From Myxococcota bacterium (GTDB lineage Bacteria; Myxococcota_A; UBA9160; UBA4427): 64,000 bases of DNA. Made by a program: the position numbers and the translations under genes. Positions 47,623-57,068 of this stretch are shown here, in pieces (position 1 is the stretch's first letter; each line of letters opens with the position of its first letter). The DNA lies in the NCBI GenBank assembly GCA_965250285.1, contig OZ252299.1:5248001-5312000 (forward strand), given 5' to 3'. The notes beneath the pieces were generated by a model. The model made no database searches, had not been told where the DNA came from, and worked only from the letters and a program-made list of their open reading frames with translations.

Positions 47623-47660
47623 ATAGGTTCAGTCAATACGACTTTGTCAAACTATCTATT
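47623..47660 (+). promoter_or_regulatory. Putative LysR/NhaR box upstream of the ABC-HlyD-TolC operon
   Basis: ATAG-N7-CAAT (T-N11-A), then N16 and ATCTATT, inside an AT-rich island; similar to boxes at 52697 and 54095. Confidence 0.55.
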
Positions 47661-47695
47661 TTATCACGAGGTCATGATGCCGAATATTACGTGAT

Positions 47696-49867
47696 ATGAA
47701 TTTCACGAATTCTAGTGACGGTACTCGTGACGATGGACCCCGCGCCGTGGAGCTGCCGCCGCCGGGGTTCCTGGCGCGCATCGGCGAGGCGGTCGGCCTG
47801 CGGGGCCCCGCCGGTTCGGCCCACTACGACGCCCTGAGCGGCGACGCGCCGCCCTCGGTTGCCCGAGACTGGGTATTCGTGCTCGAGCAGATGAGCCGCG
47901 GGGCCGGTCTGCGGGCCTGCCGGATCGACGGCATGGGTGGGCACGTGCTCGATGCCCTGGGACCGCGCCGTGCGCTGGCCACCTGGCACCCCGAGCATGG
48001 GTGGGTCGGCCTCGTGACCGACGGCCGTGCTCGCCCGCGACTCATTCGCGGTCACGCGCGCGACGAGGTCATCGATCGGGCCTCGTTCGAGCGTCGATTC
48101 GGCGACGTGCTCGATTCACCCGGGTGCTGGATCCAGATCGAGCCGAGCCTGGCCGACGCGTCCCGGGGCGCGGGCGCGCGCCCCAAGCCCGCGGCGCGAC
48201 TGCTCTCGTTGCTTCGGGCAGACCGGTCCGACATCGCCACCGTCGTGGTCTACGCGGTCTTCGCCGGTTTGATGACGCTGGCGACGCCGATCGCCGTCCA
48301 GCAGCTGGTCAACAGCGTCGCCTTCGGTGGGCTCGTGCAACCCGTCGTCGTGCTGGCGATCCTGCTCATGGCCGGGCTCGGGTTCGGCGCCCTGATCTCG
48401 GCGCTGCAGGCCGTCGCGGTCGAGCTGATCCAGCGCCGTATCTTCGTGCGCGCCTGTGCCGACCTCGCCGATCGACTCCCGCGCGTCGATGCGGGGGCCG
48501 TCGAAGGCGGCTTCGGTCCCGAGCTCGTCAACCGTTTCTTCGATCTCGTGACCGTGCAGAAGACGGGTGCGAGTCTGCTGCTCGCAGGCACGTCCCTCGT
48601 GCTGCAGACCCTCGTCGGTCTCACGATCTTGAGCTTCTACCACCCGCTGATGCTCGGCTTCAGCGTCTTCCTCATTCTGGCCATCGCTTTCGTGATGGGC
48701 GTGCTCGGGCGTGGCGCGACGGGCACCGCGATCGCCGAGTCGAGCGCCAAGTACAAGCTCGCCGCCTGGATGGAGGAGCTCGCGCGCGAGCCGGGCCCCT
48801 TCAAGACGCGCAGCGGTCGCCGCTGGGCCGCTCAGCGCGCCGACGATCTCGCCGTGAGCTGGATCGAAGCCCGGCGACAGCACTTCCGCATCGTACTGCG
48901 CCAGGTCGTCGGGTCGCTGGTGCTGCAGGTCGTCGCGGGGACGGCCGTGCTCGGGATCGGCGGCATGCTCGTCGTGAACGGTCAGCTGACACTCGGTCAG
49001 CTGGTCGCTTCCGAGATCATCGTCGCGATCGTGGTCGCGGCCGTCGCGCGCCTCGGCAAGCTGCTCGAGAGCTACTACGACCTGCTCGCCGCGATCGACA
49101 AGTTCGGGACGCTGCTCGACCTGCCGCTCGAGCGCATCGACGGCGATGCGCCGTCGGAGGGCGGCGGCGCAGCCGCGATCGAGCTGCGCGAGGTGGTGAT
49201 CGACGGGCCGCCCGGTGCGACCGCCACGCCGCGTCTCAGCACCCGCGTCGCCCCCGGCGATCGCGTCGCGCTGCGCGGCGGCAATGCGGCGGTGCGCGGC
49301 GAGCTGCTGCGAGCGATCGTCGGCCTCTCTGCTCCGGCGCGCGGTTCGATCCACTACGACGGCGACGAGCTCGATGCCCTCTACCTCGAGGCGCTGCGCG
49401 AGTCGGTCATGGTCGTGGGCGAGCCCGAGCTGCACACGGGCACGATCCTCGACAACCTGCGCGTGGCCCGGCCGGGTGCACCGCGGGCCGCCATCGACGA
49501 GGCCCTCGAACGCGTGGGTCTGGCCGAGATGATCGATTCGCTCCCGCAGGGCGTGCGCACGCGGATCGAGCCTTCGGGTTGGCCTCTCGACGCGGGGGCA
49601 CAGCGTCAGCTGATGCTCGCGCGGGCGGTGCTCGCTTCGCCCCGGGTGCTCTGCGTCGACGACGCCCTCGTGCACCTCGACGCCGAGTCGCGCATTCGGG
49701 CGCTCGAGGTGCTCACCGATCCGGCGGCGCCCTGGACGCTGTTCCTGTCGTCTCACGAGCCGACCGATCTCGCAGCCTGCACGCACGTGTTCGATCTCGA
49801 TACGGGTGAGCTGCGGGCGAGCGTGAACGTCGTGCCCGATGACACCCCTCGCTCGGTCACGGGCTGA
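47696..49867 (+). CDS. T1SS-type ABC transporter (permease + degenerate NBD)
   Basis: PELVNRFFD and GQLTLGQLVASE membrane-domain motifs; GTILDNL; Walker A, signature and Walker B motifs degenerate. Confidence 0.85.
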   Translation: MNFTNSSDGTRDDGPRAVELPPPGFLARIGEAVGLRGPAGSAHYDALSGDAPPSVARDWVFVLEQMSRGAGLRACRIDGMGGHVLDALGPRRALATWHPEHGWVGLVTDGRARPRLIRGHARDEVIDRASFERRFGDVLDSPGCWIQIEPSLADASRGAGARPKPAARLLSLLRADRSDIATVVVYAVFAGLMTLATPIAVQQLVNSVAFGGLVQPVVVLAILLMAGLGFGALISALQAVAVELIQRRIFVRACADLADRLPRVDAGAVEGGFGPELVNRFFDLVTVQKTGASLLLAGTSLVLQTLVGLTILSFYHPLMLGFSVFLILAIAFVMGVLGRGATGTAIAESSAKYKLAAWMEELAREPGPFKTRSGRRWAAQRADDLAVSWIEARRQHFRIVLRQVVGSLVLQVVAGTAVLGIGGMLVVNGQLTLGQLVASEIIVAIVVAAVARLGKLLESYYDLLAAIDKFGTLLDLPLERIDGDAPSEGGGAAAIELREVVIDGPPGATATPRLSTRVAPGDRVALRGGNAAVRGELLRAIVGLSAPARGSIHYDGDELDALYLEALRESVMVVGEPELHTGTILDNLRVARPGAPRAAIDEALERVGLAEMIDSLPQGVRTRIEPSGWPLDAGAQRQLMLARAVLASPRVLCVDDALVHLDAESRIRALEVLTDPAAPWTLFLSSHEPTDLAACTHVFDLDTGELRASVNVVPDDTPRSVTG

Positions 49868-49896
49868 GCGCTGCTTTCGACGGAGTCGACCCCATC

Positions 49897-51198
49897 ATGA
49901 CGCACGAAGAGAACCTCTCTCGCACCGCCTCGAGCTTGATGCTCGTCGAATCGACGTCGGCCCTGCGCCACCTGGCGCAGCTGCTCGTGCTGCTGCTGCT
50001 GCTCGTGTTGCTGGGGCTGATCGCGACGCCCTGGCAGCAGAACGTGACGGGCGCCGGTCGCGTCGTCGCGTTCGAGCCCTACGACCGCATCCAGTCGATC
50101 GCGGCGCCCGTCGACGGACGGATCCGGCAGACGTGGGTCGTCGAGGGCTCTCGCGTGAAGGCGGGCGATCCGATCATCGAGATCGTCGACAACGACCCGG
50201 CCATCCTCGAGCGTCTGCAGGCCCAGCGCGACGCGATGGGCGTGCAGCTCGAGGCCGCACGCGCGAAGGCCGTCATCTACGACGACCAGATCGAGGTGCT
50301 GGGGCATGCCCGTGAGATGGCGACGACCGCGGCCGAGAATCAGGTCGAGGTCGCCGAAGCCTCGGTCGAGTCGGCCCGCCACGGCCTCGACGCGGCCAAG
50401 GCCGCCGCGCAGCAGGTCGAACTGAACTTCGTACGGCAGAGGGAGCTGCTCGCCGAAGGGCTCGCATCCGAGCTCGAGTACGAGATGGCCCAGCGTACGC
50501 ACCTCGAGGCCCGGGCGCGCGTCGAGCAGGCGCGCGAGGCGTGGAACGCGGCGCGCAACGACCAGGAGGCGCGCGAGGCCGAGCTCGGCCAGGTCGACAC
50601 CGAGGCGCGCGCCGGCATCGAGACGGCGAAGGCGCTGCGACAGTCGGTCTCGGTCGAGATCGCCGCGCTCGACGAAGAGGTCGCCGGTCTCGACATGCGC
50701 ATTGCGCGGCAGAACACCCAGCTGCTGACGGCGCCGCGCGACGGCACCGTGCTGCGCGTCTTCGCGGCCCCGGGCGCCGAGCTGGTGAAGGCGGGTGAGC
50801 CGCTCGTGTCGCTCATTCCCGACACGGCGAGCCGCGCCGTCGAGCTCTGGGTCGACGGCAACCACGTGCCCCTCGTCCAGGAGGGACGCCCCGTGCGCCT
50901 CCAGTTCGAGGGCTGGCCGGCGGTTCAGTTCGCCGGCTGGCCGTCGGTCGCGGTCGGGACGTTCGGGGGCCGCGTCGCCCTCGTCGACTCGAGCGCCGAT
51001 GCCGCGGGCCGCTTCCGCACCCTCGTGGTGCCCGATGGCGACGACGAACCGTGGCCCGAACCCGATCTGCTGCGGCAGGGCGCTCGGGCCTCGGGCTTCG
51101 TGCTACTCGACCGGGTGAGCCTCGGCTACGAGCTGTGGCGACAGGCCAACGACTTCCCGCCCACCGCGGCGATGCGAAGCACCCGGAGTGAGTCTTGA
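49897..51198 (+). CDS. HlyD-family membrane fusion protein
   Basis: TPWQQNVTGAG, APVDGRI, a long coiled coil and VRLQFEGWPAVQF.GWP. Confidence 0.9.
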   Translation: MTHEENLSRTASSLMLVESTSALRHLAQLLVLLLLLVLLGLIATPWQQNVTGAGRVVAFEPYDRIQSIAAPVDGRIRQTWVVEGSRVKAGDPIIEIVDNDPAILERLQAQRDAMGVQLEAARAKAVIYDDQIEVLGHAREMATTAAENQVEVAEASVESARHGLDAAKAAAQQVELNFVRQRELLAEGLASELEYEMAQRTHLEARARVEQAREAWNAARNDQEAREAELGQVDTEARAGIETAKALRQSVSVEIAALDEEVAGLDMRIARQNTQLLTAPRDGTVLRVFAAPGAELVKAGEPLVSLIPDTASRAVELWVDGNHVPLVQEGRPVRLQFEGWPAVQFAGWPSVAVGTFGGRVALVDSSADAAGRFRTLVVPDGDDEPWPEPDLLRQGARASGFVLLDRVSLGYELWRQANDFPPTAAMRSTRSES

Positions 51199-52700
51199 GA
51201 CAACTGTCCAGCGAAGTGATCCGCCTGCTCGCGATCGCGACCATGGTGTCGTGGTTCTGCGTGTCGGTCGCACCGAGTTCGGCTTCGACACCGACGGGCA
51301 TCGAGCCCCTCGACCTCGATACCGTCCTCGGCTCGGCCGATGTCCACTTCCCAGCCCTCGTCGTCGCCGAGCTCGAGCGCGGCGTGCGCGCCGAGCAGCT
51401 TCGATCGAGTCGCGGCGGGTTCGATACGCGCCTGGGGCTCGAGGGCGAGGCCCGCCCGGTCGGCTTCTACGAGAACATCGGCGGCGACGTCGAGCTCGAG
51501 CAGCCGACTGCGCTCTGGGGCACGCGCTTCTTCGGTGGGTATCGATACGGCGGGGGTGACTACCCCTCGTACCTGGGCGGTGAGCTGACGGACGAGTCGG
51601 GTGAGATTCGCGGCGGTCTAGAAGTGCCGCTGCTGCGCGGTGGCCCGATCGACTCCGTCCGCGCGGGGATTCGGCGGAGTCGCATCAACCTCGACCAGGT
51701 CGAGCCCGACGTGGCGATTCAGCGTCTCTCGGTGCGCCGCGATGCGGCGCGGGCCTACTGGCAGTGGGTTTCTCGAGGTCTGGTGCTCGACGTGGCCGAG
51801 CGCCTGCTCGAGGTCGCCGTCGATCGCCAGGGGCAGATCGAAGGTCGTGTGCGCCGCGGCGCCGAGGCCGAGATCGACCTGGTCGACAACGAGCGCCTCA
51901 TCGTCGACCGACAACTTCGCCTACGAGGGGCCGAGCGAGACTTCGAGCAGGCCATGGCCACGCTGTCGCTGTATCTGCGCGACGCCGCGGGTGCGCCCGT
52001 CGTCGTCGATCGCAGCTACCTGCCCGCGACCTTCCCCGAAGAGGAGGCGCTCGATCGCGACGCGGTCGAGATCGACCTCGAGGCGGCGCAGGCGCGTCAC
52101 CCGGCGATTCGTCGTCTCCTGCTCGAGATCGATCGTCTCGGCGTCGACGCCTCGCTGGCGCGTAACGATGTGCTGCCCGAGGTCGACCTGAAGGTCGAGG
52201 CGTCGCGCGACTTTGGTGGGGCGGTACCCGGCATCGATACGAGCGGCAGTCTCTCGGCCGCCCCGCGTGCCGAGACCGAGGTGAAGGCGATGCTGCGGGT
52301 CGAATGGCCCTTGCAGCGGCGCGAAGCCCGCGGACGGCTCGCCGTCGCTCGCATCAAGTCGTCCCAGACCGAGCGCCGGTTGCAGCTCGAACGCGAGAAG
52401 ATCGGGGTCGAGGTGCAGAAGGCCGTCGCAAGCATCGGCGCAGCGTACGACCAGACTCGATCTGCGCGACACAACGTCGCGTTGGCCGAGCGGCTTCGTG
52501 TCGCCGAAGAGCGGAAGCTGTCGCTCGGTACGAGCAACCTGATCGACGTCAACATCCGTGAGCTGCAGGCGGCTTCGGCCGCGCTGCTGTTGATCGAGGC
52601 ACAGGCCGACTACTTCGAGGCGCTCGCCGACTACGAGGCGGCGTCGGCGCGAACGTTCGTCGGTGACGTCAGCGCGCCCGCGGCGGCCCCTGAATCATAG
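51195..52700 (+). CDS. TolC-family outer membrane protein
   Basis: Signal peptide; VPLLRG, AARAYW, E.RKL.LG.S.L.DVN.RE; overlaps hlyD. Confidence 0.88.
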   Translation: MRQLSSEVIRLLAIATMVSWFCVSVAPSSASTPTGIEPLDLDTVLGSADVHFPALVVAELERGVRAEQLRSSRGGFDTRLGLEGEARPVGFYENIGGDVELEQPTALWGTRFFGGYRYGGGDYPSYLGGELTDESGEIRGGLEVPLLRGGPIDSVRAGIRRSRINLDQVEPDVAIQRLSVRRDAARAYWQWVSRGLVLDVAERLLEVAVDRQGQIEGRVRRGAEAEIDLVDNERLIVDRQLRLRGAERDFEQAMATLSLYLRDAAGAPVVVDRSYLPATFPEEEALDRDAVEIDLEAAQARHPAIRRLLLEIDRLGVDASLARNDVLPEVDLKVEASRDFGGAVPGIDTSGSLSAAPRAETEVKAMLRVEWPLQRREARGRLAVARIKSSQTERRLQLEREKIGVEVQKAVASIGAAYDQTRSARHNVALAERLRVAEERKLSLGTSNLIDVNIRELQAASAALLLIEAQADYFEALADYEAASARTFVGDVSAPAAAPES

Positions 52701-52734
52701 AGACCAGCGAAGAAAAGACGACACATTTTCTATT
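52697..52734 (+). promoter_or_regulatory. Putative LysR/NhaR box
   Basis: ATAG-N7-CGAA, then N16 and TTCTATT; AT-rich. Confidence 0.5.
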
Positions 52735-52784
52735 TTTCGAATCGGGAAGGTTCGCCGATATTGCAAGGTGAGGAGGCTACGGCC

Positions 52785-53093
52785 ATGGAGTCGACCATCA
52801 GTTCAGGCGAGTTCTACGTGAGTCACTGGATGGAGTCGTTCATCGACACGACGATCCGGTTCGCGATCTGGCGCGCCGAGCCTTCGGTCGAGCACGTCGC
52901 GGTCGGACTCTCCCGTCGCCCCGACGGGCGCGTGAGCTGTCGGCTCGACGCCTGGCGCTCCGACGGATCGACCCTCTCGGCGACGGGCATCGACCGCGAA
53001 GCCTTCGCCGCGATCCAGGGCGCGGCCGATCGGCTCGAGGTGGCGCTCTTTGCGCCGACGGAGCAGTCGAGCGAGGCATGCGTTGCGGCCTGA
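52785..53093 (+). CDS. HPF/RaiA (S30AE)-like small protein
   Basis: GAGGAGG RBS; beta-alpha-beta-beta-beta-alpha pattern ending in AFAAIQGAADRLEVAL. Confidence 0.6.
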   Translation: MESTISSGEFYVSHWMESFIDTTIRFAIWRAEPSVEHVAVGLSRRPDGRVSCRLDAWRSDGSTLSATGIDREAFAAIQGAADRLEVALFAPTEQSSEACVAA

Positions 53094-53181
53094 GCGAGCG
53101 GATCGAAGCCCCGGTTCGACGGGCACCCCGCCGAATCGCCGTGGGCCGTCGTCGGGCCGCGGATCGGGTCTCGATGCCGGT

Positions 53182-54096
53182 CTAGAGCAGACCCAGCTCG
53201 GCGGCCGCTTCGACGACGGCGGCCACGGCCGGGTGCATGATGCGGCGCTCGACGGTCACCGCATAGAGGTACTCACGCACCTCTTCGGTCTCGCCGACGA
53301 GCTGCACGCCATGCGTCCTTCGGACCTCGTCGGCGACGACGATCGGCGAGGCGAAGATGCCGGCTTCATGAGCGCCGAACACCTTCATGAGGGCCGAGTC
53401 TTCGATCTCGCCCACGATGTGGGGACGCACGTCCAGCTTGGCGAGCCACTCGTCGAGCGAGTGACGAAGGGCCACGTTCGATGTCGGCAGGAGCATCGGC
53501 GCGCCGTTCAGGCTCTCGGGGAACCGGCGCCGGTACTTGCGAGCGAGGGCGGGCGACGCGAAGAAGCCGATGCCGCAGTCGCCGAGGCTGTGGTTGTAGG
53601 CCTTGACGCGCACCTGGCCGCGAAAGGGCACGTCGGCCAACACCATGTCGTACGTCTGTTGCGCCAACGCGGCGATGAGGTCGTCGGTCTTGCCTTCGTG
53701 CAGCACGAGCTGCACGGGCTCGTCGAGCTTGAGTGCGATGTCGAGCAGGTTGTAGGCGACCAGCTTCGGCACTGCGTCGGCGATGCCGACGATCAACTTC
53801 GACGGGCGGTTGGTCGGTCGCCCGCGCAGGGCGTCCATCATCTCACGCCCCGTCGAGAAGATCTCATCGGCGTAGCGGTAGACGAGCTGCCCCGACTCGG
53901 TGAGGACGAGGTTGCGGCCGTCGCGCATGAAGAGCTTCTCGCCGAGCGAGTCCTCGAGCTTGCGGATCTGACCGCTGAGTGTGGGCTGCGCGAGGCGCAG
54001 CACCTCGGCGGCACGCGTCACGCTGCCCTCACGGGCCACCGTGTAGAAGTAGAGGAGATGGTGGTAGTTGAGCCACTCGATGCCCCGTTCCTCCAT
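53182..54096 (-). CDS. nhaR: LysR-family activator, NhaR type
   Basis: WLNYHHLLYFYTVAREGSV, QPTLSGQI, VGIADAVPKL, GEIEDSALMKVFG and ERRIMHPAV. Confidence 0.88.
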   Translation of the reverse strand: MEERGIEWLNYHHLLYFYTVAREGSVTRAAEVLRLAQPTLSGQIRKLEDSLGEKLFMRDGRNLVLTESGQLVYRYADEIFSTGREMMDALRGRPTNRPSKLIVGIADAVPKLVAYNLLDIALKLDEPVQLVLHEGKTDDLIAALAQQTYDMVLADVPFRGQVRVKAYNHSLGDCGIGFFASPALARKYRRRFPESLNGAPMLLPTSNVALRHSLDEWLAKLDVRPHIVGEIEDSALMKVFGAHEAGIFASPIVVADEVRRTHGVQLVGETEEVREYLYAVTVERRIMHPAVAAVVEAAAELGLL

Positions 54097-54131
54097 CGAG
54101 ATTTACGAAGCGAAGATAACAATCATCGATT
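54095..54131 (+). promoter_or_regulatory. Putative NhaR box in the divergent nhaR/HPF-like promoter
   Basis: ATCG-N7-CGAA overlapping the nhaR start codon, then N15 and ATCGATT. Confidence 0.55.
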
Positions 54132-54149
54132 CGAATGGGAGATGAGTGC

Positions 54150-54473
54150 ATGAGAGTCCGAGTCATCGGGATGCCCGTGGGCGCAGACTCGCTTCGGCCG
54201 GGCTCCGTCGAGCGCCGCATCCGTCTGGTGGTCGGCCGACGGGCTGCGGGGATCTCACAGGTCGAAGTCGTGCTCGCGCGCTTCGATCCGCCGACGCACG
54301 GCGCGCGCCAGACCAGTCGTCATCAGCTGCGCTGCCGCGTTCGGGCCCGTCTGGCCGATGGCGAGCTGATCGTCGTCGAAGAGACCGGCCCGACGACGGA
54401 CGAAGCGCTCGAGGCTGCGATGTGGCGGCTCGAGCATCGACTCGATCGACCGGCCACGCGCCAATCGGCTTAG
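54150..54473 (+). CDS. HPF/RaiA (S30AE)-like small protein
   Basis: VERRIRLVVGR, ISQVEVVL, RCRVRA and EALEAAMWRLEHRL; divergent from nhaR. Confidence 0.65.
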   Translation: MRVRVIGMPVGADSLRPGSVERRIRLVVGRRAAGISQVEVVLARFDPPTHGARQTSRHQLRCRVRARLADGELIVVEETGPTTDEALEAAMWRLEHRLDRPATRQSA

Positions 54474-54483
54474 CGAACTCGAT

Positions 54484-56109
54484 CTAGTCGGCGAGATCCT
54501 CGAGGCGGAGCGCCTGGGTCGGGCAGTACTTCACGGCGCGCTCGACCTTGGCGCGCAGCTCGGCGGTGGGTTCTTCTTCGATCAGCGCGACTTTGTCTTC
54601 GTCGTTCACGCGCTCGATGTCGAACACCTCGGGCGCCTCGCCCATGCAGACCGCATGCCCCTGGCAGAGGTCGAGGTCGACGCACACGCGGTACGGCTTC
54701 GCGGGCGAGACCGAGTCGGCGAACCCGGTGGTGGCCGCAGGGGCCGTCGATGCGGTGCGCCGTCGATACCGAAGCATGCACGGCTGCCTGACCGCGACGA
54801 CCATCTTCGAGAGGTCGTTGCCGTAGCTCGATAGCGGCTGCGAGAGTTCGAACTCGTAGTTGCGCAGCACGATCGAGAAGATCGCCTTGAGCTGCATCAA
54901 CGCGAAGGCCGCGCCGACGCACTTGTGTCGGCCGGCGCCGAACGGGATCCAGGCGAAGGGCTGCCGATCTTCGGCTCGGTCGCCCAGGTAGCGCTCGGGG
55001 TCGTACGTGTCGGGGTCGGGGAAGTGCTCGGGCAGCCGATGTGAGACCACGGTCGACGTGGCCACGGTCTTGCCGGCCGGGATCACGTAGTCGCCGAAGC
55101 GAAAGTCGTGCATCACCTTGCGCATCAGGATCGTGAGCGGCGGATGAAGCCGCAGAGATTCCTTGATCGCACACTCGAGCGAAGGGATCTCGCGCAGCGC
55201 CTGAAACGACACATCACGTCCATCGGCGTAGATCGCGTCGAGCTCGCTGGTCACCCGCTGGATCCAGTCGGGATGCATCAGCAGATCGAGCATCGTCCAC
55301 GAGGCCACGGCCGACGAGGTGTGGTGCCCTGCGAACATCAGCGAGATGAACATGCCGGTGATCTGAGCCGGCGTGTATCGCGGGTTGCCGTCGCCGTCCT
55401 TCACGCCGCGGAGGATGTGGAACAGATCGCTGTATTCACCGCCTTCGCGGTCGCGCCGCTCGAAGATCGCTTCGATCTTCGCGACGATCGCGTGTCGCGC
55501 GCGGTCCCGGGCTCGCAGGGCCGGGAGCGGCAGGTAGGGGTTCACGTAGGCGAGTGCATCGGTGCCGCGCTCGAGGTCGTAGAAGAGCGGCACGTAGTCG
55601 GCGCTCAGCTCGTCGCGAAACTGCTTGCCGACGAGGCACGTGCTCGACGTATAGAGCGTGAGCTCCGAGAAGAAGTCGAGGGCATCGATCTCGCCCGATT
55701 CGCCCCAGCGCTCGATCATGGCCTCGGTCTCGGCGGCGATGTGCTCGGCGTGTCCGCGCATGAACTTGTCGCGCAGAGACTGGTTGCGCATCGCCTGCTT
55801 GCGCTGCTCGGGGGTCGCATCGAATACGACCCCCTCGCCGAAGACCGGCTTCATGAAGGGATAGGCCGCGGCCTGGTCGAGTTGCTCGTCGGGCGCTCGA
55901 AAGAACGCCTCCTGAGCGTCGTTGCCCGTCAGCAGGACGATCTCGTTGCCGGCGAGGTTGAACTCACCGACCTCGCCGCACTCGTCGCGCACGCGCTGCA
56001 TGAAGGCGAGCGGGTCGCGCCGCAGCTCGAGCAGGTGGCCGATCAGCGGCCAGCCGCCCGATACGCGGGGCGGCGCCAGATCCTTCGAGAGGGGGGTCGC
56101 GGCGGCCAT
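54484..56109 (-). CDS. cyp51: CYP51-family cytochrome P450 (sterol 14alpha-demethylase-like) fused to a C-terminal [3Fe-4S] ferredoxin
   Basis: AYPFMKPVFGEGVVFDA (SRS1), MFAGHHTS (I-helix), KESLRLHPPL and WIPFGAGRHKCVG; Ala/Thr linker; CQGHAVC...CP ferredoxin at about 54487-54693; AGGAG RBS. Confidence 0.9.
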   Translation of the reverse strand: MAAATPLSKDLAPPRVSGGWPLIGHLLELRRDPLAFMQRVRDECGEVGEFNLAGNEIVLLTGNDAQEAFFRAPDEQLDQAAAYPFMKPVFGEGVVFDATPEQRKQAMRNQSLRDKFMRGHAEHIAAETEAMIERWGESGEIDALDFFSELTLYTSSTCLVGKQFRDELSADYVPLFYDLERGTDALAYVNPYLPLPALRARDRARHAIVAKIEAIFERRDREGGEYSDLFHILRGVKDGDGNPRYTPAQITGMFISLMFAGHHTSSAVASWTMLDLLMHPDWIQRVTSELDAIYADGRDVSFQALREIPSLECAIKESLRLHPPLTILMRKVMHDFRFGDYVIPAGKTVATSTVVSHRLPEHFPDPDTYDPERYLGDRAEDRQPFAWIPFGAGRHKCVGAAFALMQLKAIFSIVLRNYEFELSQPLSSYGNDLSKMVVAVRQPCMLRYRRRTASTAPAATTGFADSVSPAKPYRVCVDLDLCQGHAVCMGEAPEVFDIERVNDEDKVALIEEEPTAELRAKVERAVKYCPTQALRLEDLAD

Positions 56110-56125
56110 GGCGGCTCTCCTGGTG

Positions 56126-56992
56126 TCACGCGGTGTGGATGAACTCGTCGGCAAAGCGCCGAATCGCGTCGATCTTCCGGTCGACGTCGTCCTCGGTGAT
56201 GCCGTACATGAGCCACGGCACGGTGGTCAGGTGCGTCACGCCGACGTCCTCCATCTCGCGGTAGTGATCGCGGGTGAAGCCGTCTCGCAGCGCCGCGCTG
56301 ATGCCGAAGGGTCGATCGGCCCGGTCGCTCTCGGCGCGCCAGCCCTGCATCTTGCGAGCCGCCTCGCGGATCTCGTCGCGCGTATTGATCTCGCTCACCC
56401 ACCCGTCGAGACGCGTCGCCGCGCGGCGCATGGCCCGCTCCGACGTGCCTCCGCCCCACATCGGAACGGGCCGGGTGGGGACGGGGCTGATTCGAAGCGG
56501 CTCGAAGTCGTAGAACTCGCCGTGATGCTCGACATCGCCCCCGGCGTGCAGCTGCCGGACGATCTCGATGCACTCCTCGAGCCGCCGGCCGCGTTGTTCG
56601 AACGGCACGCCGAGCAGATCGAACTCCTCGCGCATCCAGCCCGCACCGAGGCCGAGAATGAGCCGCCCGCCCGCCAGGATATCGACGGTGGCGATCTCTT
56701 TCGCCGCGACGACCGGGTGACGCAGACTCATCAGGTAGATGCTCGTCAACACGTGCAGACGCTCGGTGGCGGCGGCGATGGCGCCGGCGGCGATCATCGG
56801 ATCGGGCCACGCGGTGTCGCGATCCCAGCGCGGCTCCCCGCTCGACGTGTAGGGATACGGCGTCTTCAGATCGGCCGGGTAGATCAGGTGATCCGACACC
56901 ACCACGCTGTGGAAGCCGGCCTCGTCGGCGGCCCGGGCGAGGGGGATCCACTGATCGGGCGCATTGAATGCGAGGGCGATCGAGAACTGCAT
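56126..56992 (-). CDS. LLM-class, probably F420-dependent, oxidoreductase (Rv2161c/TIGR03619-like)
   Basis: GFHSVVVSDH, YPY, WPDP, LRHPVVAAK, GLGAGWMREEF and RRAA..LDGW. Confidence 0.85.
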   Translation of the reverse strand: MQFSIALAFNAPDQWIPLARAADEAGFHSVVVSDHLIYPADLKTPYPYTSSGEPRWDRDTAWPDPMIAAGAIAAATERLHVLTSIYLMSLRHPVVAAKEIATVDILAGGRLILGLGAGWMREEFDLLGVPFEQRGRRLEECIEIVRQLHAGGDVEHHGEFYDFEPLRISPVPTRPVPMWGGGTSERAMRRAATRLDGWVSEINTRDEIREAARKMQGWRAESDRADRPFGISAALRDGFTRDHYREMEDVGVTHLTTVPWLMYGITEDDVDRKIDAIRRFADEFIHTA

Positions 56993-56999
56993 CGATGGC

Positions 57000-57039
57000 A
57001 GCGTAAAATATTGAAATGGTCATTTCAAATTTTTATACT
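57000..57039. promoter_or_regulatory. Overlapping divergent sigma70 promoters sharing a palindromic TetR operator
   Basis: TTGAAATG-GT-CATTTCAA (57011-57028); + strand TTGAAA-17-TATACT; - strand TTGAAA-17-TACGCT. Confidence 0.8.
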
Positions 57040-57068
57040 GCGACTCGTGAATCGTGGTTGGAGGCGCC

